From a virus (taxonomy: Duplodnaviria > Caudoviricetes): 64,000 nucleotides of DNA. Each line of letters starts with the position of its first letter. Position 1 is the stretch's first letter. The notes beneath the pieces were generated by a model. It did no database searches. It had not been told where the DNA came from and was given only the letters and a program-made list of their open reading frames with translations. The translations under genes were made by a program, and so were the position numbers. Of this stretch, positions 18,701-26,087 are shown piece after piece. Where the stretch lies: positions 75,588 through 139,587 of IMG/VR virus record IMGVR_UViG_3300036790_000048; one strand, given 5' to 3'.

Positions 18701-21669
18701 GCAGCCAGCGCGCCGACCGTCTTGTCAACGACCTGGTACAGCGACGCTGTTTGGACCACCTTCTGCGTCGCGTTGATCCACTGCTGCGTCTGGTCAGGCA
18801 GAGTGGACAGCCAGAACCCGACTCCAGCCAGCGCCAAAGCGCCAGCCGCGACCCAGCCCCAGACCGGGATCTCCATGAGAGCCGAGAACCCGCCGCCGAC
18901 GATCGGCAGCTTGGTGGCGATGCCGCCTATCTGCTTGAGCAGCCCCTCGCTCTTGGTGCCGGTGTCCTCAAGCGCGCCGCCAGCCTCTTCCGCGTCCTTG
19001 CCCAGCCCGCCGAACCTGCTGCCGACGATGGGCAGGTTCGACGCCATATCCTGGACCGTCTTACCCAGGGTACTGAACCGGCCGCTCAGGGTGTCAGTCT
19101 CGTCCCCGCCCTTGCCCATGGTGGTGAGCAGGTTCTCGAGGTCGGTGCGGCTGCCGCCAGTGGCGATGGCCAGAGCCACCGCCTGCTTGCCTGCGTCATC
19201 CAGCCCAGCGCCGAACTCCTCGAAGAGGCTCTTGCCCTTCTCAGTCTGGGTGGCCAGGTCCTCGACCGACATGCCCGACTTGGCGACATTGACCTGGAAC
19301 TGGCCCAGCTCGTCCACAGTCGAGCCGAGCGCCGCCGCCACGTTCTTGACCGCGGGCGACGCCATGGCCAGCTTGGTGAGCTGGTCCGTGGTGGCGTTCA
19401 GCGTCTGCGCAGTCTTGAACGCGATGCTGTTCAGCGGCCCGAACCGCCCGACCAGCATGTCAATGCCCAGGGCCACCTTAGTGACCATGGTCGTCATCAA
19501 GCCGCCCCACAGCAGAATGGCGTGCAGCCCGAGCAGCGACGCCAGCAGCGGCGTGGGCATCTTGGAGATGTCCGCCACCAGGGCGAGGACCTTATCGCCA
19601 ATCATGGCCAGGTCCTCAGCCACGTGCGTCAGCGCGGTGGCCTTGATGAAGTTGGCGGCGATGATCCCGACCGACTCGAATCCCTTGCCGATCAGCGCCA
19701 GGTCCTTGGCCCCGGTCTGGAAGAAGTCCATGAGGCCGTTGCCAGACCCACCGGTGAGGAACACAGCGATCTTAGCGCCCATGTTCTCAAGGAAGGAGCC
19801 GGTCTCCCCGATAATCTTGTTAAGCGTGCTGCCCTTGTTCCCCATCACCGTCAGGGCGTCACCGAACAGCTCGTAGACCTGCGGCGTGACCGCCTGCGCC
19901 AGCTGCTGGAAGCTGCCCTTGAGGGGCGGTATCGCCTCGTTCAGCGCCTTGGACACGACCCAGGTGTTATACATCTGCTTGCCGACTTGCTCACCGGCCT
20001 GCACACCCGCCGCGCCCCATGCCGCCAGCCCGATAGCCGCAGTACTCAGCGCCGGTATCCACAGCGCCAGGACCTCGATCACGCCGTCCATCAGGACGTG
20101 CCAGGCCGCTATCTTGCCGATCATCTCGGCCGACCCGAAGAACCCGCCGAACAGCGTCAGCTGCCGCGTCAGCGCCCCCCAGTAGCCCCACGACCGGTGC
20201 GCGGAATTGCCGGAGTCGTCAGCCCCAGCGCCCGCTGCCTCCAGCGCCGCCTTGGCAGCCTGGGCCGGCTCCACGATGTCTTGCATCGCAGCCGCAGTCT
20301 TCTCCGCGGAGTCAGAAGCCTGGTTGTCATCTCCCGCGTTCCGAGCCGCCGCAGCGCTGGCGATGTCCATGGCGGCCGCAGCGTCTCGCGCTGCCTTGGC
20401 CTCAGCCTCGTACGCCGCCTGGTTAGCCGCGGTGGTGAACCCGAACGGCTGCTTCACAGACGTCGCAGCGGGAGCCTGCACATTGGGGATGACTGTGACG
20501 CGCACAGCCTGGTTCAGCGTGTCGATGGCGGCCCTGTCACGGTCCACCGACGCCATCAGCCCAGCGTCGTCCAACTTAGCCTGGGGGTCCGCCCTGAGGT
20601 TGTTCAGGGCGTGCAGCTCCGCCTCATCTCGCGTGATGGCAGCGCGGAACGGAGCGTCGTCCAGGTACAGCGGCGGACTCGCGCCGCTGTTGGCCCCGCC
20701 AGTCAGAGGCGCGAGCGTGGTCTGCTGCACGGTCACCGACTCAGTGACGCTCGACTTGGTGGCGGACAGCCGCCGCAGCGCCGACGTGATGGCCTCGATG
20801 CCGGTCACCATCTCGGAGTCGTCTATCTCTACCTTGGGCCGCGCCACCATGTCGCTGAGCTTGGTGAGCATCAGCATGTCCAGCGTGTCCGCCGCGCGGA
20901 AGTCGTCGTCCATTAGGACAACGGTCGGATTGGCGACGAACGAGTCCATCGTGTTCAGCGCAGCCTGGTCTGACGCCAGGTCCAGCCCGAACTGCGTGTC
21001 CTCCAGCTGCACCGTGGGAGTGGCCTGCAGCTTGTTCAGCCGGTTGAGCGCCGACTCCAGGTTAGTCGTGCCGCCCAGCAGCTGCTGAGCCGATGAGTGC
21101 GTGCTCCCGACCGCGTTGGCCTGCCCGACCGCGGCCTGCGTGGCAGCGTTCAGCGCCAGCACGCGCGCATTCCACGCCTGGTTCTCCAGGTTCATCGCGC
21201 CGCGGAGCGCAGACAGGTACTGCAGGTACTGCTCGGGCGTGGCGTAGCCCTGCTGGACAGCCCGGTTGTAAAGGTACTGCTGCGCTATCTCCTGGTTGCG
21301 GAAGGCATAGTTCTGGTACGGAGAGAAGAACCCGCGCTGCTCCTGTATGTTCAGCAGCCGCCGGTACTGGACCTCCCGGTCAAGGTTGGACAGGTACGCC
21401 TGCTCGCTGGTCGCGCCCGCCCAGTTGACTCGCTGGTTGTAGAGGTCCGCTCCCTGGCTGGCCACCCGCATCGCGTCGTTCATCTGGCCCAGCTGCTTGA
21501 TCTGCTGGTCGCGCATGGTCGCCACCTGCGTGCCCGATGACAGCTGGGCCGTGTTCAGGTTCTGCGCCGCCTTTTTCAGCGCTTCCATCTCGGCCAGCGC
21601 CTCAGCCGCCTTGCGCGTGAGGTCGCTGAAGTCCGCGACCGCCTTGTAGAGGACTACCCACTCAGGCAT
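12781..21669 (-). CDS. tape measure protein with NlpC/P60 and two phage tail-lysozyme-like domains
   Basis: 2962 aa, Ala/Gly helical; 38-aa W/F repeats; YYDCSGL...HVGM; AAAGATASIWGES..NP and SAAGIAGDIYGESGGNP; (F/M)ASGG motifs. Confidence 0.95.
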   Translation of the reverse strand: MPEWVVLYKAVADFSDLTRKAAEALAEMEALKKAAQNLNTAQLSSGTQVATMRDQQIKQLGQMNDAMRVASQGADLYNQRVNWAGATSEQAYLSNLDREVQYRRLLNIQEQRGFFSPYQNYAFRNQEIAQQYLYNRAVQQGYATPEQYLQYLSALRGAMNLENQAWNARVLALNAATQAAVGQANAVGSTHSSAQQLLGGTTNLESALNRLNKLQATPTVQLEDTQFGLDLASDQAALNTMDSFVANPTVVLMDDDFRAADTLDMLMLTKLSDMVARPKVEIDDSEMVTGIEAITSALRRLSATKSSVTESVTVQQTTLAPLTGGANSGASPPLYLDDAPFRAAITRDEAELHALNNLRADPQAKLDDAGLMASVDRDRAAIDTLNQAVRVTVIPNVQAPAATSVKQPFGFTTAANQAAYEAEAKAARDAAAAMDIASAAAARNAGDDNQASDSAEKTAAAMQDIVEPAQAAKAALEAAGAGADDSGNSAHRSWGYWGALTRQLTLFGGFFGSAEMIGKIAAWHVLMDGVIEVLALWIPALSTAAIGLAAWGAAGVQAGEQVGKQMYNTWVVSKALNEAIPPLKGSFQQLAQAVTPQVYELFGDALTVMGNKGSTLNKIIGETGSFLENMGAKIAVFLTGGSGNGLMDFFQTGAKDLALIGKGFESVGIIAANFIKATALTHVAEDLAMIGDKVLALVADISKMPTPLLASLLGLHAILLWGGLMTTMVTKVALGIDMLVGRFGPLNSIAFKTAQTLNATTDQLTKLAMASPAVKNVAAALGSTVDELGQFQVNVAKSGMSVEDLATQTEKGKSLFEEFGAGLDDAGKQAVALAIATGGSRTDLENLLTTMGKGGDETDTLSGRFSTLGKTVQDMASNLPIVGSRFGGLGKDAEEAGGALEDTGTKSEGLLKQIGGIATKLPIVGGGFSALMEIPVWGWVAAGALALAGVGFWLSTLPDQTQQWINATQKVVQTASLYQVVDKTVGALAATTTELGRAQAGLGGNTQELTGFQQQLTGQLSAELDHVGQVSKAYGVGYVGALALLNAAGVKTNQLFSTSNKVWADAFQQVTGLIKGYQAMGQQLGTVGGDLNVLTVSESTQVKEMGNLNTAWDTWIKTVTGSETALITMAQGFATFATDAKTAGASMTGLNAPSLQLQSDFQTNLTNVEQLFDAFRSQQALTGTGNFTKFVKDLVASLIPMAGGSKTAAAEISALAQEAGGPATTNIKELQKWVGNIKDPLTAAKDATDKETQAASNLSLEAQRLSSSLQSQLNPAMVTAAFNAYGGQRALSAFATALVKTGPNSEATINAGKAVATMFLAIDKNSGAAASQFIGWAESMGLSKSAAEKLWGEVDNGTKPLAGMKQGLHDAQQGGNDLNQVNLEQVRRQLSDTAVQVTNLGKPSTWDDIKTGAANVVTWFKTAWTPIGTFFVNAFKIAEPVILGIFKIIFDELIAIAKAAIDALEGHWGAAWDALKTGADQVWNVIYTTGQMLFKKLFDPLWQWFDSGFVQPVEKFFTGTFAGWLRTVGNQFATLWSTAWTGFNRDVSGNIEHFFVTLIPQWLGQISNAFSTTWSTVWTTFNRVISGNIEHFFIALVPSWLSDIGNGFSTTWSTVWNGFNRVVSANVEHFFITLVPQWLGDAANGFAALWSDAWNAFNRTVLANIEHFFITLVPQWLGDAANGFAALWSDAWNAFNRTVLANIEHFFITLIPGWFKDTTSGFASTWSTVWTDFNRDVISNLEHFFVTTVPGWLTTMGNGIKNTFSGAFKSAIDTAVGIINTPINFINNDILKHLPGGLKIPTIPKPFAAGGSTFSGSVPGAPSHDNHVAALMGGEYVLRQPARMAIERQMGPGFLNQLNHYDTLSGSGSRGTLASQKIPGFASGGATDCPPGQTCPSANPMPGVPEGNVGMHVADGGAIEQKMLDYFNSKVGHPYLAENPQRFGPKYYDCSGLMYEAAHAAGVPLPRGDALANLEANWFASDAGLQPYHYNARSQVETGDLLFFVGADPAPSNFGEGIGHVGMAASATTLVSAYDTAEGVTDTPIDQDKFVVGIRLGGIGGKSIVSEILGALGAIFSDIENLTVDGGTALAGGLKDLVGDVKGGAGALLKLAREGATDVFNGVWDATVQPMVNVLPDDTAPGALLRGAAAQIKQGIDNFMMGQDQKAQAAAAASGAGGSAPAGGATGGEMANGRELYNYLLTNLFGGHKIAAAGATASIWGESLWNPFVHDSAGRGIIEWTPPSSISNADYSGGMATQLPAIIRFVQNNGDEGVIRQMMSASSVAAAAALWDHGVERAGISDVHSEGIALASQIAGLAAGGAWGNGWESGGSVPTGGQLGSNVAGGAFAGSTPGRGMVTIPFAAGGMSVPMLGGSMASGGTPTSLMAAGGVPPTRTMSSRFASGGVANLITVAEYLMQHGATRTSAAGIAGDIYGESGGNPESVGDGGFGLIGWTGNTIGLPAGYKKPTGNVAHDLQVQEAGVVGYINANGGFGRINAQTSVNAAADIFSLDYERPAVRYSDTRPSIAAEVYAALPAAGASAGYTAITLAQAQKLLDAPVQQLPWWVAGPNDMHQVHTLSSKQQYYANAAELSWLNVAAKASDGYDPITVAQAQSLLAAKPQQLPWWVAGVNDMHQVHTVATSGQQYYANAAEEKWLLANAPAATTSSSGINTTPNPGAPPYVGTWLTQQTNSDFWQNAEASAYAALLATNTGAVKNKTTAPLFADLKSYQMEETQLWHNLMGHTADASNMTQSEWNQLMSYLGQYKTLKLGPGTKVYQGLRHYHPETYDNLTGILGNELGDVQAQYKTWQQLYGPGAILNPQTNQTPGPGSGSGVGAMSGLITANTNPIVLNPLPGMKNAPIEGYASGGVALGDLLGSLNMLPASPTRITGGVQPTVGAVNRATREPAHTRSAAAQATASGQGTNVTFGDINITNPRPEAASTSLTHATQRATFLAGRQLG
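13700..14040 (-). repeat. two about 59-aa repeats in the TMP C-terminus
   Basis: ITxAQAQxLLxAxxQQLPWWVAGxNDMHQVHT...QQYYANAAE occurs twice. Confidence 0.85.
16430..17135 (-). repeat. 114-bp (38-aa) tandem repeats, about 6.5 units, including one exact duplication at 16544-16771
   Basis: IEHFFITLxPxWL...W..FNR.V.xN units; 16544-16657 identical to 16658-16771. Confidence 0.9.
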
Positions 21670-21989
21670 AACTCACCGTCCCCCTGTATGGCCCTCTTCA
21701 GCTCATCGTGCCGGGCGTCCATGTGGTCTGTCGTCAGCCCGGTGGTGATAAGCGCAAACACAGAGAGCAAAAGGGGGTAGACGGTGCAGTAGATGCCGAC
21801 CGTCAGCAGGTGCGGCAGCCACCCCTGGGGCGTGATATCAGCCCCGGCCGTGACCGCGGTCGCCGTGGCGTAGTACAGCCCCTCCCACACGCCGCAGTGC
21901 TGGGCCAGCCCGAACGCGATGCCGAGCACGATGTCCGCCAGCACCATGCATATGGCCAGGGTCCTCGCCCGGCGGTGGTGCCTGTTCAC
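21654..21989 (-). CDS. KcsA-like (Ion_trans_2) 2-TM channel protein with degenerate filter
   Basis: TM1, then WEGLYYATATAVTAGADITP pore helix/filter, then TM2. Confidence 0.65.
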   Translation of the reverse strand: MNRHHRRARTLAICMVLADIVLGIAFGLAQHCGVWEGLYYATATAVTAGADITPQGWLPHLLTVGIYCTVYPLLLSVFALITTGLTTDHMDARHDELKRAIQGDGELCLSG

Positions 21990-22354
21990 TTCAGCTCGTC
22001 TAGCTTGGCCAGGATCTGCTGCAGCAGCTCATTATCAGAGACATACGGCCGGGCGTTCTCGTGATGGACGTTGCACCAGGGCGTGCCGTTGACCCGGTGC
22101 CGGCCGTAGCGGAGGCACCCGTCCTGGTGGCAGTTGTGCCCGTGCCACATGCCGGTGATGACAGACGCCCCGAGAATCGCGGTCAGGATCATCGGCCCGA
22201 TACCGGAGCTGAACCCGTACTCCGGTGTGGACTGCAGGTTGAACCCAGCCGCCTGCGCCACCCAGAACATCCCGTACCAGAACGCGCAGAACCCGAGGAA
22301 GGCAGCGCCGAAGATCAGCGCCGCCTGCCCGAGTCCCGCACGCCTCGATGTCAC
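21986..22354 (-). CDS. 2-TM membrane protein with Cys/His cluster
   Basis: Two hydrophobic helices followed by HNCHQDGC...WCNVHH. Confidence 0.7.
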   Translation of the reverse strand: MTSRRAGLGQAALIFGAAFLGFCAFWYGMFWVAQAAGFNLQSTPEYGFSSGIGPMILTAILGASVITGMWHGHNCHQDGCLRYGRHRVNGTPWCNVHHENARPYVSDNELLQQILAKLDELK

Positions 22355-23088
22355 TTCCAGTCACGGTTCCCAGGTGGCCGGAAGATGCTCAGCACACCCT
22401 CAGCCGAGCCAGGCGGAGGGTCGAACCCCTCCGGTAGCCTGTCCGGGTCGCCGTCGCCCAGCTTGGGTCCGGTCACCGTGCCGTCCGGCCCGACCTCGAA
22501 CGGAGGGGTCCAGTCGTCAGTGTGCTTCGGCTTCCGCACCCCAGGCATGGGCGGCATCCGGCGCTTGCGCGTCGGCCGCTTGAGGCGCGAGTAGTCGAGC
22601 GGCTCGGTGTTGACGCCGTTCATCCGCTCGTCCTCGCTCTGGGCCTCACGAGCCGCAGGGAGTTCACGCTCGTCCACGTCCTCGTCCTCCCACTCCCAGT
22701 CGTCCTCGTCGTCGTCCTCGTACGGCATGGGCAGCCTGATCTGCGAGGCCGACTGCACGAGCGGGTTGCGCCCGTTGACCGGCTTCACCTGCGCGCCAGC
22801 CCCGATGAAGGTGGCGAGGATCTTGGTCTGCCATTCGACTAGCGCGCGGCGGCTGCGCTCCTCCTCCCAGTGCCTTGCCGTGATCGCGGCGATGATTTGC
22901 CGGAGCCGTTTGACGGTGAGGTCGAGGATGGCTTCGTCCGACCACCCGTACTGGGCTGAGATGAGGTCGAAGACGCGGGCGAACTCTCCGGCAATTTCAG
23001 ATCCTGGGAGGGCCGGGCGTCGCCGGACTTGTCCTTGAGCTGCCCCGTCTTGGCCGCCAGCTGCAGGAACTGGCTGAGACGTTTTCCC
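22351..23088 (-). CDS. tail assembly chaperone, -1 frameshift extension (T part)
   Basis: Open -1 frame after the slippery site; FDLISAQYGWSDEAILDLT..RLRQI motif. Confidence 0.7.
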   Translation of the reverse strand, partial: GKTSQPVPAAGGQDGAAQGQVRRRPALPGSEIAGEFARVFDLISAQYGWSDEAILDLTVKRLRQIIAAITARHWEEERSRRALVEWQTKILATFIGAGAQVKPVNGRNPLVQSASQIRLPMPYEDDDEDDWEWEDEDVDERELPAAREAQSEDERMNGVNTEPLDYSRLKRPTRKRRMPPMPGVRKPKHTDDWTPPFEVGPDGTVTGPKLGDGDPDRLPEGFDPPPGSAEGVLSIFRPPGNRDWK

Positions 23089-23573
23089 AGGGCCTGCATG
23101 TCGGACGACTCGCGCCGGACGAAGTTCTCCACCAGGCAGATGGTGTCCTCCGGGTCCGGGTTCCACAGCTCCTGGTTCAGCTCGGTCCAGAGCGCCAGGT
23201 TGCCCTCCCGCTCCTTGGCGGACATGTCCCGCGGTGCCTTGGCGCACAGGCCGACCGGCTCCAGCATGGACTGCAGGAAGTCGATCGTCTCCTGCTCGGC
23301 GTCCGGGATGCTGAACAGCACCAGCGTGACGAGTTTCTTCATGAACTCGGCCGGGTCCTCGTTGAAGTCGAGGCCAGCCTGCATGAACGCGGTGCCCGCG
23401 CCGTGCGTGATGATCCGCAGCAGCTTGAACAGCTGCCGCGTGCGCATATCGAGGACGTGCACCTCGATGCCGCACTTGAGGGTCAGGGTGTCCGGCACCG
23501 GGTCGATCCGGTCGATGTCCGTGATCTCCGCCGCCTCGCCGTCCAGCGCCGCGGCCAGTTCGTCATCGTCCAT
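22839..23573 (-). CDS. tail assembly chaperone (G part)
   Basis: Between major tail and TMP; MDDDELAA start with GGAGG RBS; Ser/Pro-rich tail after the slip site. Confidence 0.8.
   Translation of the reverse strand: MDDDELAAALDGEAAEITDIDRIDPVPDTLTLKCGIEVHVLDMRTRQLFKLLRIITHGAGTAFMQAGLDFNEDPAEFMKKLVTLVLFSIPDAEQETIDFLQSMLEPVGLCAKAPRDMSAKEREGNLALWTELNQELWNPDPEDTICLVENFVRRESSDMQALGKRLSQFLQLAAKTGQLKDKSGDARPSQDLKLPESSPASSTSSQPSTGGRTKPSSTSPSNGSGKSSPRSRQGTGRRSAAAAR
23082..23088 (-). other. programmed -1 frameshift site G GGA AAA
   Basis: CTG GGA AAA CGT in the G frame; -1 shift gives GKTSQPVP..., which is the T frame. Confidence 0.75.
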
Positions 23574-23641
23574 AATTCGTGCGGCCTCCAAGGGCTCATT
23601 CTTAACTAGTTGCGGGGTTTCGCTTTTCTAGAGTATCGGAC

Positions 23642-23995
23642 ATGGGATCAGGCATTCAGCTGATGCGCACGGCCGATATAGGCCGGATGTGGAGTGCCAA
23701 CCTCTGGCACCAGGAGCACATACGGGGCACCGTCAGCGAATGGGAAGCCAAGCACAGGCACCTCATCAGCGCAGCTCTGTCAGACCTGGGCTCGCCGCTG
23801 ATCGTGGCCCCCGGCCGCGCCGTATTGCTCAACGGGCATTTCCGCTATGCCTCAGCGATTCACTACGGCGCGCTGCTTCTCCCGGTCATAGATGACCCGC
23901 TCCACCCCAGCTACCCAGACGCGTGGCGCTGGCTGGGCATGGAAAGGCCCGCCGGGATGCGGTCGGCAGCTCCCGGCGGGCCTCGTATCTGCTAG
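23642..23995 (+). CDS. ParB/Srx-like domain protein (only convincing plus-strand gene)
   Basis: PLIV....LLNGHFRY.SA...G...LPV motif; fills the gap between chaperone and major tail genes. Confidence 0.6.
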   Translation: MGSGIQLMRTADIGRMWSANLWHQEHIRGTVSEWEAKHRHLISAALSDLGSPLIVAPGRAVLLNGHFRYASAIHYGALLLPVIDDPLHPSYPDAWRWLGMERPAGMRSAAPGGPRIC

Positions 23996-24621
23996 ATACC
24001 GGCGAACGGCTGCGCGGTGAACGCGCCGGTCTCGGAACCCGGCTTGCTGATCATGCGACCGAGCGACCTCGGGTACGACGCCGGCAGCGAGGTGCCGTAC
24101 TCGTCCGTGAGGGACATCAGCGCGCGCCCGGCCAGCGAAACGGTCAGGCCGTTCTTGTAGCTGGGGCCGGTGAAGTTGAACGGCATGAACTGCACCCGGT
24201 AGAGCACGAAGTCGAGGGTGCGGATCGCGCCGCCGGAGTCACGGGAGGGCACCCGCAGCGCCACCGGCCGGGTGATCTGGTTCAGCGAGTTGAGCGTCCA
24301 CAGCGGCAGGCCGTAGTAGTCGTTCGGGCTGACGCCGGACGAGCTGACCGCGGTGCCGGTGATGGTCGAGAGCGTGTTGAACGTGAGGAAGCCGGACTCG
24401 ATGGTCAGGTTCGCGAAGTTGAACCAGAACCACTCCGACAGCACGATGTCGTCGCCGGTGTTCTCGAAGTTACCCGAGTCCGTGGCCAGCGTGCCGTTGC
24501 GCACGCCGTAGAGCGTGGCCGACTCGACGCCGGTACCAGTGCCGGTGATGCTCGTGCTGGACGCGTCCAGGATCGCCGCGTGCGAGAGCGAAAAGCCTTC
24601 AAAGGTGGGAGTCGTGGACAT
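23992..24621 (-). CDS. major tail protein
   Basis: 209 aa, Ser/Thr/Gly beta-rich, upstream of chaperone and TMP; AGGAG RBS. Confidence 0.8.
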   Translation of the reverse strand: MSTTPTFEGFSLSHAAILDASSTSITGTGTGVESATLYGVRNGTLATDSGNFENTGDDIVLSEWFWFNFANLTIESGFLTFNTLSTITGTAVSSSGVSPNDYYGLPLWTLNSLNQITRPVALRVPSRDSGGAIRTLDFVLYRVQFMPFNFTGPSYKNGLTVSLAGRALMSLTDEYGTSLPASYPRSLGRMISKPGSETGAFTAQPFAGI

Positions 24622-24675
24622 GCGCCATCTCCTGCTCTATGGGCTCCGCGGCCTCGTGATTAGTGCTTGCCCTGA

Positions 24676-25278
24676 CTATCGGCTGTACTCCCGGTACATA
24701 TCCACTTCCACGCGCAGCCCAGCCATTTCCGCATGCAGGCGCTTGTTCTCCCGCTCCAGCTCCCCGATGCGCTCCAGCAGGTAACGCACGCTGCGCCGGT
24801 TGCGCCGGTGCTCCTCGGTGGTCACCCACCTGATGTTGCCGGGCTCGTACGGCTCATCGTCCTTGACCCGGCCGAGGACGTGCCCGTCCGGCCGCGGCCC
24901 GATCAGGGCCTCCACGTCGGTCACGAACGCCTTGGCCGACTCGTACCAGGGGTCGTAGAGGTGCAGCCCGTAGTCCGAGCTGCGCCGGTCCCTGCTACGC
25001 CGCCTCAGGCCGATCCAGACGGGGTACAGGGGGTGCTTGCGCATGCCGTGAACAGTGGCCGCCACCCGGTGCCCGGCCTCGCGCCTCAGGCACCCGCACG
25101 ACTTGGTGGACCCCCGCGTCAGCAGCTCCAGCTGGATCGTCGCCTCAGTGCCGCAGTCGCACCGGCACAGCAGCGTGCGCCTCGACTGCCCGGACCTGAC
25201 GATGTTGGCCGCCTCCCGCACCACCACCAGCCGGCCGAACCTCTTGCCAGGCGGAATGTAAGTGCGCGTTCCGGTCAT
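24676..25278 (-). CDS. HNH homing-endonuclease-like protein (degenerate) with C-terminal coiled coil
   Basis: GKRFGRLVV, CRCDCG, TKSCGC and YEPGNIRWVT motifs. Confidence 0.75.
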   Translation of the reverse strand: MTGTRTYIPPGKRFGRLVVVREAANIVRSGQSRRTLLCRCDCGTEATIQLELLTRGSTKSCGCLRREAGHRVAATVHGMRKHPLYPVWIGLRRRSRDRRSSDYGLHLYDPWYESAKAFVTDVEALIGPRPDGHVLGRVKDDEPYEPGNIRWVTTEEHRRNRRSVRYLLERIGELERENKRLHAEMAGLRVEVDMYREYSR

Positions 25279-25597
25279 CGCTCCCTCTGCGCTGGGCCAC
25301 GAACACGGCGCACGCCCGCCAGACGATGATCACCGGCACCAGGCACAGCCCGATGGACCGCGACCACGCGATAGCGCCCGTGCCCGTCTGGACGACTCCC
25401 CACTCCAGCTCCAGCACAGACCCCAGCAGAACCACCGCCATGGCCAGGTCCAGCAGGACGAACGCCCAGCCCCACACGTGCCGCCACCACGGCCAGAACG
25501 ACGACGTGACCACCGGGAACACCAGCGCCGCCCAGAACGCCGCCTGCGCCGCATAAGCGCCGATATTCATCAGCCACTCATACTGCGTCATCGCCAT
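25145..25597 (-). CDS. putative holin (3 TM)
   Basis: Three hydrophobic helices with WPWWR..WG; in a membrane-gene trio after the peptidase. Confidence 0.55.
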   Translation of the reverse strand: MAMTQYEWLMNIGAYAAQAAFWAALVFPVVTSSFWPWWRHVWGWAFVLLDLAMAVVLLGSVLELEWGVVQTGTGAIAWSRSIGLCLVPVIIVWRACAVFVAQRRGSDDRNAHLHSAWQEVRPAGGGAGGGQHRQVRAVEAHAAVPVRLRH

Positions 25598-25790
25598 CCC
25601 CCTCGCCGTCTCGCTTCCGTATCGTGGCCTCGATAATGCGGCTGACGTGGTTCTCAGCCCGCATGCGCCGCAGCTCGTCCGTCAGTGGCCGGGACTCCTC
25701 CAGCAGCTCCCGCGAGACTTCCGCCTCGCGCTGTGCCTCAGCCACGCGCCTCATCTGATCGCGCCTGCGCCGCCACCACCACCGGATCAC
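25578..25790 (-). CDS. small lysis-cassette protein
   Basis: WWWRRRR N-terminus and ..ENH.. motif, like small proteins beside actinophage holins. Confidence 0.55.
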   Translation of the reverse strand: MIRWWWRRRRDQMRRVAEAQREAEVSRELLEESRPLTDELRRMRAENHVSRIIEATIRKRDGEGDGDDAV

Positions 25791-25794
25791 GTCA

Positions 25795-26073
25795 TCACCC
25801 GCTACCGGAGACGGTACGCTCGTCGCTGCTGTCATTAGCAGTCTCCTTCGCCACGGTGGACACTGCCCGCATGGCATTCGCCCCGATCGCCGCCCAGCTG
25901 AGCAGGTCGTTGTTGCGCTGTCGCTCCAGCGTCAGCGCATCCTGCAAATGCCCGTTCTCCTTCTCCAGCCGCGCATGCTCGCGGCCCGTGACGAGCAAGC
26001 CAGTCAGCAAGAGGATGATGACGATGCCGGCGACGCCGAAGTTCACCAGCCACTCGATAACCACGGCGTCCAC
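25795..26073 (-). CDS. membrane protein with coiled coil (holin-associated)
   Basis: N-terminal TM, GLLV..REH motif, coiled coil; GGGGAG RBS. Confidence 0.65.
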   Translation of the reverse strand: MDAVVIEWLVNFGVAGIVIILLLTGLLVTGREHARLEKENGHLQDALTLERQRNNDLLSWAAIGANAMRAVSTVAKETANDSSDERTVSGSG

Positions 26074-26087
26074 GGTGCCAGCTCCCC

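Noticed and set aside
4569-20916. Very long plus-strand ORFs (4569..8549, 14758..17499, 18751..20916 and similar)
   Set aside because: Antisense shadows of high-GC minus-strand genes; Arg/Ala-rich with no motifs.
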